A stretch of 64,000 nt of DNA from Vermamoeba vermiformis (taxonomy: Eukaryota), in contig JBEWZL010000270.1 in the NCBI GenBank assembly GCA_045837725.1, positions 1 to 64,000 on the forward strand. Reading direction: 5' to 3'. Position numbers and translations under genes: made by a program. Positions 22,293-34,353 of this stretch are shown here, piece after piece. Position 1 is the first letter of the stretch. Each line of letters opens with the position of its first letter. Below the pieces are notes generated by a model. The model made no database searches. It worked only from the letters and a program-made list of their open reading frames with translations, and was not told where the DNA came from.

Positions 22293-22870
22293 TTAAACCG
22301 TCATTGTCGTGCCGCTGACAGTGCTCGTCATTTCGTTTGCCCTAGTTTTGTTCGACGAGTTTGAAGAGGTCTTCTTCGTTGCTTTTGGCACCAAGACGAG
22401 AATTTGGAACAGATCTTGCACGCAGAGCACCGCAAACGACAAAAACCATAGAATGCTATTCGAAACTGGCTTGAACGTCAGCGCTGTGTTGGCGATGAAG
22501 CTGAAGATGATTATATGAGCGACAAGGCATCCACCAATTACAACGATTCGCGTCGTCATCTGATAAACGGAGTTAGAGACTTTGATTTAATTATTCCAAA
22601 TAAGGCGAAAAAGGATCTAATATTATTAGAAGGCACATCGACTTACTCTACTAAGAGTGTTACGTCTTTTGCTTTTGTCGTCATTTTTCTGCGCGAGGAC
22701 TTTAATTAATTTGCCAGCTGTCACGAAGAAAAACACCGCGAAGCTGAAACACACAGCTGAATAAAATGACGTTGTCGTGGTAATCATAGCTGTAACGGGA
22801 ATGCCTGTCACAGTAATTAGCGCTCGGGTGATGCCACAGCCGATTTCGATGCCGAAAAGGAAGAAAAGAT
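22293..22870 (-). pseudogene. Apparent 5'-truncated multi-pass (7TM-like) membrane protein remnant
   Basis: Two exons joined by a phase-0 intron give about 4 hydrophobic helices plus a Ser/Thr tail. The frame is closed upstream by TGA near 22878 and I found no earlier exons. Confidence 0.35.
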
Positions 22871-23049
22871 GAATTCAAGCATTTGGAAGGAGAATCCGTG
22901 CAGAGTGTGCCGAAATTTACCATATTAGAAATTGAATTTATTTTCTAAGGCAAAGATTAAAATCGTTACCGGCTTATTTTATTAGTTAAGTAAATTTGTT
23001 ACATATATTGCTGACAATAAGTGTAGCCGCGTAGCCATGTGCAAAAAAA

Positions 23050-23165
23050 ATTGGATACAGCGTCGCCGCGGGCTCCCGTGTGTCGCCCATTTCCGGGTGG
23101 TAGGCAGCCAGCGAAGGATCCTAAGCAATCAGCCGCCGTCAGGGCATAATAGGCTGATAGAAGCA
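23050..23165. ncRNA. Possible structured small RNA (unassigned)
   Basis: A ~115-nt GC-rich island in an AT-rich intergenic region, with nested stems (atcagcc...ggctgat). An A8 run at 23043-23050 reads as a T8 Pol III-like terminator on the minus strand. No family recognised. Confidence 0.25.
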
Positions 23166-23685
23166 ACAAAAGCGTAGAATCTAAGATGAATTATTTGTAT
23201 CTTTTACAAGAAACAATTAGGGCATTAACAAACATTTGAGCACCACATCCGGTAGAGATTTGTTGCGTCGGAGTGGATTTAAAAAATACTTTTTCTTGAT
23301 TCAACGACGTGCATTAAACGTCAAACCGACAACAATTTAAAATTTCATAATTTCCTAATCCAGCAGTAGTACTAAATCAGGAGCTTCCTCCTAACCTTCA
23401 ATGCATAGTATTTGCAATATAACTAGAATGCGTGCACTTCAATTATTAATTATTTGCTATTAGGCTAAATTCAAGCATTTGAAATTAAATCCGTTTTCCG
23501 GAAAATCTTACCACATTTGAATTTCAACTGAAATCGGGTCGCAATCGAATTTTTACAGCCTCGCACAACGATGAAGGACCACTAAGGAATGCACCAGCCA
23601 CCAAAGGGAGAAATGACTGAAGTACCGCTTGGGTTTCAGTGTTAAAGTGTAAAATTTAATATTATTACAAACGCTTGAATTTCTA

Positions 23686-26460
23686 TTATGTTGCTTTTTG
23701 TGACTCGTTACTCCTTTTTTTGTGTTTGGTCTTATCTGCACATACTAAAAGCGTTGACTTCTCATTGAATGCTTGCAATTTGATTGACTCCTCAACATTA
23801 GCAGCTGGGACCTGCAGACCGAGCACCTTGATCTCCAAAGCAGTTAACGTTACCAGTTCAACTTGTGATGGGGGCTGAGTACCAATGGCTCTAAGTGACT
23901 CATACTTGGAAAAATGGAGAGGAATCACTGTGTTTGGAGTCATCAAGATAATTGGACTTTCCTGTCCTTCTGAAGTATTGTTGAAAGCATGAACTTTGTT
24001 CCAAACTTCACTTGAGAAACCTCTTGCATAGGCAACCTGTTGTAGTTAAAATAAGTAAGTTTTTTGAATCATACTAGGCTTACCCTTATCCACACAAAGT
24101 CACTCCCCTGCCTTTGATGCAATTGTGCTTGATAGTACAGCTGAGTCCACTTCTCAAACTTGTTTGCAGCCCCAGAACAAAAGTTGAGTGGTTGCAAAAT
24201 TGGCAATACCTCTTCCAAAAACTTTTTCCAGGATACAGCTTTGTTGTAGTGCTTACATTGATATACCAGGAATCCTGCATGTTTGTTATTTGCAACCAAA
24301 GGCAGGACACCATCTGGGCGTAATATTTTTGTGGGAATTAAAAGAGTGTCCAAATGTTGATTGTTGAAGAATTGCTGTAAAGCATCACAATCATCTGCAA
24401 CATTGAGTTCAGAGAACAATTTTGCCTGTCGACTTGGACCAAGTGTAAACGTTGATGCTTTTGTATGTTGAGGCAAAAATGGTGGTGAAAACAATGCACT
24501 GATGGCAGCATTATTTTCTGCATAATATTGGAGAATGTATGCTGTCAAATAGTGGCCAAGATTTCCTTCTGCCCAAGGTTGCTGTGCACTCAGAAACATC
24601 TGTTATCAATAGTTAGCTAAACACAACAGCTACACTGAAATACCTTAAGCAAAGTTTCCAGAGAAATTGATCGAATATAATCTCTGACATATGGATCAAC
24701 TGGAGTTGTAATTTGTTTGGGCTGCACTGGTTTCTCCAAGTCAAGCACAACGGGAAGCATAACCAGACCATCTTTCACAACAGTTTCAACATCAGTTGTC
24801 TGAATCTCCACTACATCAGCACCCAAACAAACATCTAGCATGAACTTTCGTAATATCTATATATATTAGCCTAGTCTGCAGTTAGGAATTAGTTGACTTT
24901 TACTGCTTTGGATTCTGCCTGGTTGAAGGCTCTGGCAACATAATTTTCGGCTGCTTCCTTTGCATATTGATCTGCTTTCTTTAAAATTGCCTCCACTAAT
25001 GTTTTTAGATCTGTTTCTGGCATTGAGTCAGGTCTCTGTTGAATGGATGTAAGCAAAATCTTTCACAAGAGAAGCACTTCAACTTACAATGTTCTGCAGG
25101 GGTGAAAACAAATAAAGTGCTCTTGAAGAAAGATTTTTGATTGTCTTTGCTTTTCGTTTAAGTATTGGCCCCACCTTGTTGCCAAAAGCTGTGCACATTA
25201 ACGTCTCAAATCTTGCTTGCCTTTGAGCACCATCTTCACTGTGCAAAAAATGGACAATTTTTAACCTTTCTCGAGAAAAATCTTCAGCTTCATGAAACAG
25301 AGCAGCAGAATACACTGTTGTTGCACTGATTTGCTGCAACCAATGTTAAACACTAAAAAACTTGGTGTCAACTTACAGCAATCCTGTGAGTTGCAACAAA
25401 ATCTTCCATTACAAGGTTAAGCAAGTAGAGCAATGAAGTTTTCTTTTTGTGTGTCAATTCATTCTTTTCACGCTCCTGCTTCAATTGCGCAAGCTGATAT
25501 TGCATGATTAATAAACTGTAAGTAAGTGTATGAGGAACATACTCTAAAAGGTCCATCAATTCCCTTGCCAATGCGAATAAATTGACCCTGACATTCCTTT
25601 CCTAGTCGATGAACTTCATCATAGAAGAAGGCATGGATGTTAAAATGTTTGGCCACTTTTATCATTGCCTGGCAGAATTCATCAAATTTCCCATCATCTC
25701 TTGTATAGTGCTCTAAATTAAGAGTGTACATTTTCTCAATGTCCATACTGCCACCATTTATCATTGCACGCACCAAGGCTTCTGATTTGGAGTCCTCCTT
25801 AATTGCACCTTTGAGACATTATATTAGTCCACCCAAGTGTTGCAATAATTTACCTTTTTGTAGAAAAATGCCAGCGAATTGCAAGAATGTCAATGGGATC
25901 AACTTCACTACTCGCATTGCCAGCTCCAAATATCTTTCTTCAGCTTGAATGTCAAGGACAGTCCTCTCGGCCAAAACTTGAGGCGATGGGTACAAATCAT
26001 TGATTGCTTTCACAGCTTTAGGAATGAGCGCACCATGAACCCTATTGAAAATGATTGGGATGCAGCCATTGTTCCGACTCAAAGCGAGTCCAAGGTGGGT
26101 CTTGCCAGAACCACTTGCTAGAAACATTCCAGTCAGGTACGAACAAAAATAAAGGTTTAATCGATTATTGATCACTTACTTTGTACGACATTGATTAGAA
26201 ATGCTTCTTGCGTTGGCCGAGAAATCGATTCTGTCACAAGCTGCTATCGTTGTACAATTTACTTTGTGTAATGTCGTCAAAGTAATATGGTCGCCAAGTA
26301 GCTCCATCACTCGACAAGGGAAGCGGTGCTTGGAGCAGAGGGTGGATCCGCAGTCGCTGCAGCTCGAGATCTGACGAATCAGCAATGGCTTGGTTGATGC
26401 AGCGAATGTGGTTATCGATCGAAGCATTGATGGCCCGAGGAATTTCAAGGAACTCTAATT
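23686..26460 (-). CDS. P-loop NTPase + PD-(D/E)xK-like nuclease protein (Crinkler/RHS-type CR-NTPase-REase architecture)
   Basis: Walker A MFLASGSGKTHLG, Walker B AFFYDEVH, C-terminal LRPDGVL...FLVYQCKHY. Multiple GT-AG introns; both ends approximate. Confidence 0.65.
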
Positions 26461-27094
26461 AAGGTGTAAGACAGTAATTGAAGCTATCGAGAGACTTACC
26501 ACGAACAGATTGCAAATCTGGATCGATTGCGTTAATACTTCGCGCGCTTAATAACATAATATACCTGCTCCTTCAAGAGTATAAAAACGTCGCTGGGATA
26601 CGGACCACGTATTTAATCTGCCAGTGTCAGGTAAGTTAAGCTTAAAATAATTTCTTTTTACCTAGCAGGACTAGATATCTTCGGTTTACTAAGACGGCTC
26701 GGTGCTAAATAAAGTCACTATGGTTAGAATAATAATTAAATATTAATAACTGAAAGCACGAAACTCCACACACAAATTAATTTTTTTGAATCCGCTGGAT
26801 TAGGCATTAAAAATAATTATGTCGATTAGACCAACCTAGCTAATTATTGCTTACTTCGTAGTAGGTTTTTTTGCCGGATGCGAGTCGATTTAAGCTTCGC
26901 AGCCCGCAATAGGGGTGCTATAACTCGTAGCATGATTTGTTTGAACCTAGGCTAGTGTGGTTTGGAAAATAAATAATTAGAGCACTTTAGTGTTCCCATT
27001 TGTTTTTGCTTTTGGAATAAGCGCGAAAAAAACAAAATTTGCACTGCCGTATTTTTCCGTAAAATCTTGGCAAACTTTTGCCATCAGTTGGAGC

Positions 27095-30000
27095 TCAGTT
27101 GCTAGCCAATTCGTGCTCAATGACAGACTCGTCAACGTGCAAGTTCTGATTAGTCCGTGTAACTCTGGGTGTTGAGTTTCGAGTCTTTTAGGTCTATCTA
27201 TTTACAACTTTTTGACACGATATTCGACTTCAAAGTACTGACTCCAATTGTAGGTCACGAGATGAACCAGCGCACCTTGCAGTGTTTTTGTGATCATCCC
27301 TTCCTCGCCGTGCGACATATCTTCTGTCAAGAAATCACCTACGAATTGAAATCAATCAGCACCCAAGTTGTTTTGAAAGCAGTAATGCCGTCGTCGTACC
27401 CATCATGTAACATTCGGTGTACAGGTTTGGAACATTAGCGCGAATGATCACGTAAAGCAGGACGGGATAGAGCTCATCGAGTGCCCTATTAACGAAGCCC
27501 TCGGTTAATAAGGTCGAGTCACTAACTCCAAGTCACTTACTCTAACTTGTGCTTGCCACCAGTGTAGATTTCAACGGCAGAATAAATAGCGATCCACGCC
27601 TGCTTCAATATTTTGATCTTTTGCATGGGACTGTGCTGCTTGACAATCTCTTGCACTGACCTAATTGCCTCAGCGTAAGGCTTGGCTGCCTTGTTTGACC
27701 GACGCAAACTTGACTCGGACCGCGACGGACTCAGCACCACTGGTGATACAGCACCGTCAGGGCGAGCTGTGGGCGGAGAAGTGCTCGGTGACATTGGATC
27801 TGGTGCAGGTACGACTGGATCTATGTTAGTGTTGTTGTTCTGTGCTCCAGTGCGTGGTGTTGCCGGTGTGTTTGAACTGTTCAACAACCAAAACCGCGGA
27901 TCTGCTTCGACCACCCGGAACAACTCTTCGTCCGACAAGTTCTTGAAAATCCTCAACTTCTTTTCGTACTTGGCGTTCTCTTTTTTCAGCTGATTGGAAG
28001 AGTTAGCACGTGTAAACAGGCAATAACAAGTCTCTAAAGTGTCCTACCTTTAAATCATACAAGGGATAGAATATATAATACACTCGCTTGAACAGCGCCA
28101 AATCGATATCACGCGATATTTTATCGAGCTGCGAATCTTTGAACTTCTTCGTCTCGTTGAAATAATCGACAATCACTTGATTCAAGTGCGCTAGAAGACA
28201 GAAGAGTTAGTTCGTTGCCCAAGAGTATTAAAATAACGTACTCTGATATCGTTTAATGTCCATGACAAGCTTGCTGAGCAATACCTCGCCCATGGCTTTC
28301 ACATTCACGCGAGACTGCATGCGCATTAGATCGGGCAAGAATGACCCTGCCTCGAGAATGTGAATGAACTCGTGAATCAACGTTGACAAGCTGTGATCAG
28401 CAGTGCTGTCACGTCAAGGTTAGAAATGCTAGTAGCGGGGATCACAAGAACTTACGGTTCGAAAAGACTGCTAATTTCATCGGCAAACGTTTTGTCTTGC
28501 ATCCACTTGTCATTGTCAAAGTTCTAGAGCTCAATTAGAACGTGAGTTGTAATTGCACATTAAACCTACCCTGTCCAAAAAGAATGAAAGCCACTCGGCG
28601 CCGTTAGTCAATTCATCACCAAGTGTTGCAGGTGATTTGAACTCGTATTCCTTTGCTCGGGGTGCGGTGTTGCCACGCACAACTGACGCTCCATTCAGCA
28701 CTGTTATCTTCATTGGGTCGTTAGGAATGAAATTTCCACGCGTCACGAAGCAATCACCAGGGCCGTGAAGCTCGCCGGGGTATTGCGGGTCTTTGTTTTG
28801 ATTGTTGTTTGGTGCATTTTCGTCAATCATATGGAACCAACCTTTGAAAAAACAAGGCTCTAGCCTGTTATCTAAGTGCTTGTGTTCCGAGGCAAAGTAA
28901 AAATTGTGATAGTAGTAGAAGTAACCACGACCAGTTGGCTTGTCATTGCCCCATTCACCTTCGTAATAGTCGCCGTTGGCATAAAGGTAAATGCCGCTCT
29001 TGTTTTTCTAATAGCACAGTTAGAATATACAAGACAACAATCCAGTCGATGTGTTCGTACCATGTTGTTGGCAAACAGACCAATGTAACGATCACCGCTG
29101 TCAAACACTTGCACGCCCAATCCGTCCATCTGAATAAGATAAATTAGTACACGTAGGTGTTGTACATTACGCGCATACTTTGTCGTCTTTCCAGCGGCCA
29201 GTGTATTTGTAACCGTTTGCAATGAACGTGCCAAATCCGTCACGCTTGCCGTCTTTCCACTCGCCATTGTAAAGTTCACCTGTCATCTGGTACTCTTGCT
29301 TTCCTTTGCCCGCTACAAATAGAGTTAAATTACATCACCAAATGTAACTCAGCCAACTTACACTTCAGGCCACTTCGCCACGTGCCAATATAGAACGTCT
29401 TCGTCACGGAATCAAAATAACCACCGCGCCCGTGCTAAATAGCATTTTGTTAGCAAAAAATTAGCACTTGGTATTAATAAACTTACGGGCTGATTTTTGG
29501 ACCAATCACCTTCGAAGATGGAGCCCGATGGGTACTGCATTCTACCAGAGCCCTCCATCTCGTATTGTGACCACTCGCCTTCGTACACGCAGTCTGGGTA
29601 CGTGTGGTGCGTGGTCGCAAACTTGTATTTAGCATAGCGAGTTCTGTTCTCTTGGATCATCTCGAGCTGACTTGCAGATAACGTGGCGTCGATGCTAGCT
29701 CCACGAGGGCTTGTTTGTGTTGAACCAGTGCTAACAAGCGTTGGTGTCACGTGACTAGCTATTGTCATATTTGCGGCAGAAGATGACTTCAAATTAGTTG
29801 AAGATTGTTTCTTATTGGATAACGAGGGACTGGCTACTGGTGGCTGTGGTGATAACAGTAACGATGCACCCGTGAGCTTGTCATTCGATTGCGTGAGTTT
29901 GTTTAACGCGGCCTGGTGAGATTAGTTTGGAGTCAGAATAGTGGATGTAAATACTAACCGCAAACTGGAAGTCAACTCGTTTGTTCTTGCTGGGCTTCAC

Positions 30001-33000
30001 CAAGTTGTTGATTGTCTTATTGAGTATCATAATCGCCTTTGACTTGGCGACAGGGTCCATGCAAATCACTTGCAACCGTTGTTCAGGAGTGCGTATGACG
30101 AACATATTGTTATCTGTTAGCTCATTGTTAGCACGTGTCGCATGGTTCATTAACGAACTTACTCGTGCTTTCTTCCTCAAACACCCAAATAGTGTTCAAG
30201 TCCAATACTCGAATGACAGTGTTGGGGTTAATACTCGGGTGGAGTGGCACGTCCAACGGGAATCTAGCGATAACGAGACTGTCGTTGAAAAGCAACACCG
30301 CGTGACTGTCGGTGGACGAGTCACCAATGATGTGGAAGAACTTGGTCAAATTCTCAATGAACCGCCGTTCGTACGTCACAATGCACTGTAGGAGGTTGTT
30401 AGTTGTCAAAAACTAGGCGCATAAGCTTACCTCTAGAGCTGGGAATTTCATCCAAAAAGCTTTTGTTAATGCAGCTTCGGCACGCTTTTCTTTGGTGTAA
30501 TCTTTCAAGTCTTTAAGCGCGTTGAAAAACAAATTGGTTTGTTCGAAATCTGGGTGCTTGTTCGGCGTTGTGGCAACGATTTGCTGCATAGGCATTAGCA
30601 CCGTAAATAGTAACATACTCGGAAAATCTCGTACCTTAAAGATCTTTTTGTATTGGCTGATCGTTGTGAAAGGCAGTTGCAATAACGATTCCAAATCCGT
30701 CGCCACAAATCGCGTGTTCTCGGCACGCAGTTTAGTAGAACAATTTTGCAAGAACTTGTCCACGGCCGCATTGTTTTTTAGCTTGCCGAGTGTGTTGGCT
30801 GCAATCGAGTTTGTATGCGAAGTGCAGTATCGATAGTAACAATCGATCAGCAACTACAAGACCGTCAGCTATTGTAATATTCAAAAGAGCTGATCGGGCA
30901 CTTACAGATTTGTTACAGATCTCGCCAATTTTGATGTTTTCATTCAAGGAATGCGCGCGCAACAGAGCACTGGTGATTTGTTGAGCCAATATACGAGTGA
31001 GCGCTGCTAGTTGCGTCCAAGGGCCAAACAACTGCGTCACAGCACCAGCTGAGTTGATGAGATTCGGTGGACATTCTTTGTTCGTGATCGGATCCAAGAA
31101 GTATCCTGACACCACGTGCAACGCAGCTAGGTAGTCTTGCTCCGTCTAGATCCAAGTTAGAGACTTTTCCTCGTAACCTCCACGACGTACCTCGAGTAAA
31201 TCACGCACGTATTTGCTTCTGAACTCGCCCTTGGTCGGATAATTCACAATCAGCGTGTGTTCAAAGCCACAATACAGTCGTCGAATCAATTTGGGTCTGA
31301 AGTCCTCAATCAACACTGGTATGACTTGTTTCACAGTGTCCAGCACACCGAGCTGTCCTTCATTGCCTTTGCCCCAAACCCAAAGACCCTTATCTGAAAC
31401 GATGCATTAGTCAATGTGATGCTAGTCATTGTTCTACGTACCGCACAAAGCTGTCGAATGATAAGCGCCGCATGCTATCTTAGTGACAGCGACGAGCTGA
31501 ACGATTTTGTGCGGTATAGCTGTGTTCTTTAAATCACCTAGGCCAAGCTAATGGTGATAATTATTAGCGATGAAATAGTCGCGACTAGTAAGACCACTTA
31601 CTTGACCATATGAATTGCTTCCAAATGAGTACACTTCACCAATATCACTTAATAACAGTGAGTGCTCGGCACCTGCGAGTGTTATTAAAATGGTGGTGTG
31701 TATGGCAAAAAATATGATTCAAAAAATGTTCGAAAATCACGCGAACATTCGATGCCACCACCCAAGTTTGGGCATAGTCTAAATATCATTCATTTCAGCA
31801 CTAGAATTTTGTTACTCAACAAGTGTAGAAAACATTTCACGAGCTTTGTACGATGGATCCGGGTTTGAATAACAACCAAAATATGCCCGTGGCGGCATGG
31901 AGACCCAAAGTAGATATTAGCGAGACTGGAGATAATTTAATATGTCTCTTGGTAGAGCTACCTGGCGTGCGAAAAGAGGACGTGCAAATAGATTTGGAAG
32001 ATCGAGTATTGACCATCCGCGGAGAAAGGCGCGTCGAGAAGAAATTTGAAGATGAAACGTGGCACCGCAGAGAAATATCGCGCGGAACATTTATGCGCGC
32101 ATTCAATGTCGGCAATATTCCTGAGGATCAGATCCAAGCCGAAATGAAAGACGGCATTTTGGAAATTAAATTCCCCAAAGTTCAAGAACAGCCTAGACCT
32201 CAAGGCAATCGCGTTGAAATCCAGACAGACTCCGCTTAAGCACTTTAAAATATCTAAGATCATATTTGTAGTGGGTTTGAAAATAAAAGATTTTTAAGGC
32301 TCGATCGAAGTCGATCCGCACTCGTGTGCAGTTAAATTGTTTGTAAATAGTTGTAATACTACTATTATGACTTACCACATGCGACTTGAATGACATTTAC
32401 AGCAGTTGGTAAAGGTATGCGAACCACTTCGTGCCGATCGATAATGTCTGCCAAGCCCAACTGACCTTCTGAGTCTAAATATGGATATAAATACTCACGT
32501 ATATACTTATGACTAGACTATATATAATGTCTTACTTCTGCCTGTTGCAAATACAGCGGTGTATCCATCATTTTCATCGGCTAATATCAATGTGTGACTC
32601 GCACCACATGCAATTTGCTTCACTTTGCAATTCTCGAGTCCTTTCACCAGCGTTGGTCTGTTCACTGATTTGTCTTCTGTCGTCGCTTTGAATCCGCATT
32701 GACCGTCTGTGTTATCACCCCACAAATACGCAATGCCATCAACTATTAATACGAGTCAGGCACCTGAAGCACAGTATCATATTCATTTCTGTACCTGTGA
32801 CAGCTGCTGAATGATTGTTTCCGCATGCCACATAAGCAATAGGCTTGGCGTGTGGGAATGGAATGCTCATTGGCGAGGCACATCGAAACTCAGATGATCC
32901 TAATATTGTAACAATCTCTATTACTACTCGGACGTTATGTACGATGTCGCGGTCTATTACGCACCAGTTCCAATTTGTCCGTTCTTGTTCTTGCCAAATC

Positions 33001-33932
33001 CCCAGACCACGCCTTCACGCGTCAAACACACAGTGTGATACGAGCCGCACGCTACTTGCACGATGAAGTGTTTCAACAACAACATGACTGGTTGGGGCTG
33101 TTGTCGCACTTGTGCATCGTTGTGGCCCAGCTGAGAGGCAGACAGGTTAGTCAAAAGCAGCGCAGAAAGTTGTTCGCAAAAGTATACTAACCTGACCATA
33201 TTCATTCAAGCCCCATGTCAAACACTCACCAGCAACTAAAATAAGGAATAAATGAGTAAGCCATAATAAATTAAGTCTTTTGTACGACGCGTACTGTTAC
33301 TGCAGGCAATGTGGCCCGTGCCAAAAGCAACGTAGAGCGGCTTTTTGTTGTCGAGCTCAGACATGAAGCGGGGGATCTATATTAAAACATTATTAGCACG
33401 TTGGAAGTGTGTCAAACCAACGATACGATTTTGTCACCGGATCAGTTTCGGTTTCTAATTGTTCCACCGCTTCACAACTGTTAAATTACTTTTAAACTTA
33501 CTCTATCAAACGCTAGTGCAGGCAAAAATAGCCGTTTAAATTCATCGCTGCCCCAAATATAAACTCCTTGGACTAATTTTTCGCTATTCTCTCTACAATT
33601 TAAGAAAATATTAATATAGGTGCCTAAGCATTAATCATAAAATATTATAACACAATTATCGATATTTCATATTTTTTACTCGTGCTCAACGCAAATTGAA
33701 ATATTTATAAATTTAATTGATAAAACTTTCATTTATTATCAAAGAGGGACTTACGCTTGTTTCTTTTTTGCTGCATAACGTGCCAATAATTCAGGAGGCA
33801 AGGATTTTGAGCTTTGGAAGCCTCCTAATTGAGAAATATGTAAGACGTCAACCAGATCGGATCACGTATCACCAAAAAATCTATTTCAATTGAAAAATAA
33901 TATTTACCTTCACCTCCACCCTTGCCATACAT
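27095..33932 (-). CDS. ALS2: Alsin-like GEF: RCC1 repeats - DH - PH - MORN repeats - VPS9
   Basis: RCC1 motifs (QVACGSYHT, QIACGASHT, VAC-GAEHS); DH (DLESLLQLPF...TTPNKHPDF); PH (YERRFI...LLFNDSLV); MORN (YEGEW...GSGRMQYPSGSIFEGDW); VPS9 (SPMQKIKIL...SDELYPVLLYVIIRAN). Same domain order as animal alsin. Confidence 0.88.
31725..31751 (+). promoter_or_regulatory. Heat-shock-element-like motif upstream of the nested HSP20
   Basis: cGAAcaTTCg (nGAAnnTTCn) at 31742-31751, part of the inverted repeat aatgttcg...cgaacatt, ~100 bp before ATG 31853. Confidence 0.35.
31853..32239 (+). CDS. Small heat-shock protein (HSP20/alpha-crystallin domain), intronless
   Basis: WRPKVDISET...ELPGVRKEDV...LTIRGER...WHRREISRGTFMRAF...AEMKDGILEIKFPK. 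Confidence 0.93.
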   Translation: MDPGLNNNQNMPVAAWRPKVDISETGDNLICLLVELPGVRKEDVQIDLEDRVLTIRGERRVEKKFEDETWHRREISRGTFMRAFNVGNIPEDQIQAEMKDGILEIKFPKVQEQPRPQGNRVEIQTDSA

Positions 33933-34353
33933 TATTATATTTTTGTATTATTATCTGCTGAAAAACGGAATAAATTATTGCTGCTTTCTTATGCTCGCTC
34001 CAGATGACACGCTAGTAAGAGCAACATATTATTAGATATTAATAGCGCCACGAATGGTATATATTTTCTCTATTTGTCTATTTAAGTGACTTAACAAATA
34101 AGCGCCTTCCGAAAATACAAAAATGGACAAACAGAGTCCTTAGAAAACGTTTATTTTGTACAATTACAATCTGAACAACCTTTCTACAATATGATAGATA
34201 TAGAGATTCGCCAATCCAAAATTGCGAGGAGTTTTGGCCGATCAAGATTCGCTCGCTGACGATCCATGCGGCAATCCTCTATTTACATTCGAATAAATTA
34301 CCATTAAATAATTGTGCACGCAACGTGCGCCTCAAAAAAGCAAGCAAAGAAGC

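Noticed and set aside
23050-23165. 5S rRNA, tRNA, spliceosomal snRNA or HDV-like ribozyme
   Set aside because: Only partial 3' resemblance to 5S; no cloverleaf or T-loop, no snRNA signature, and the HDV pseudoknot pairings could not be completed.
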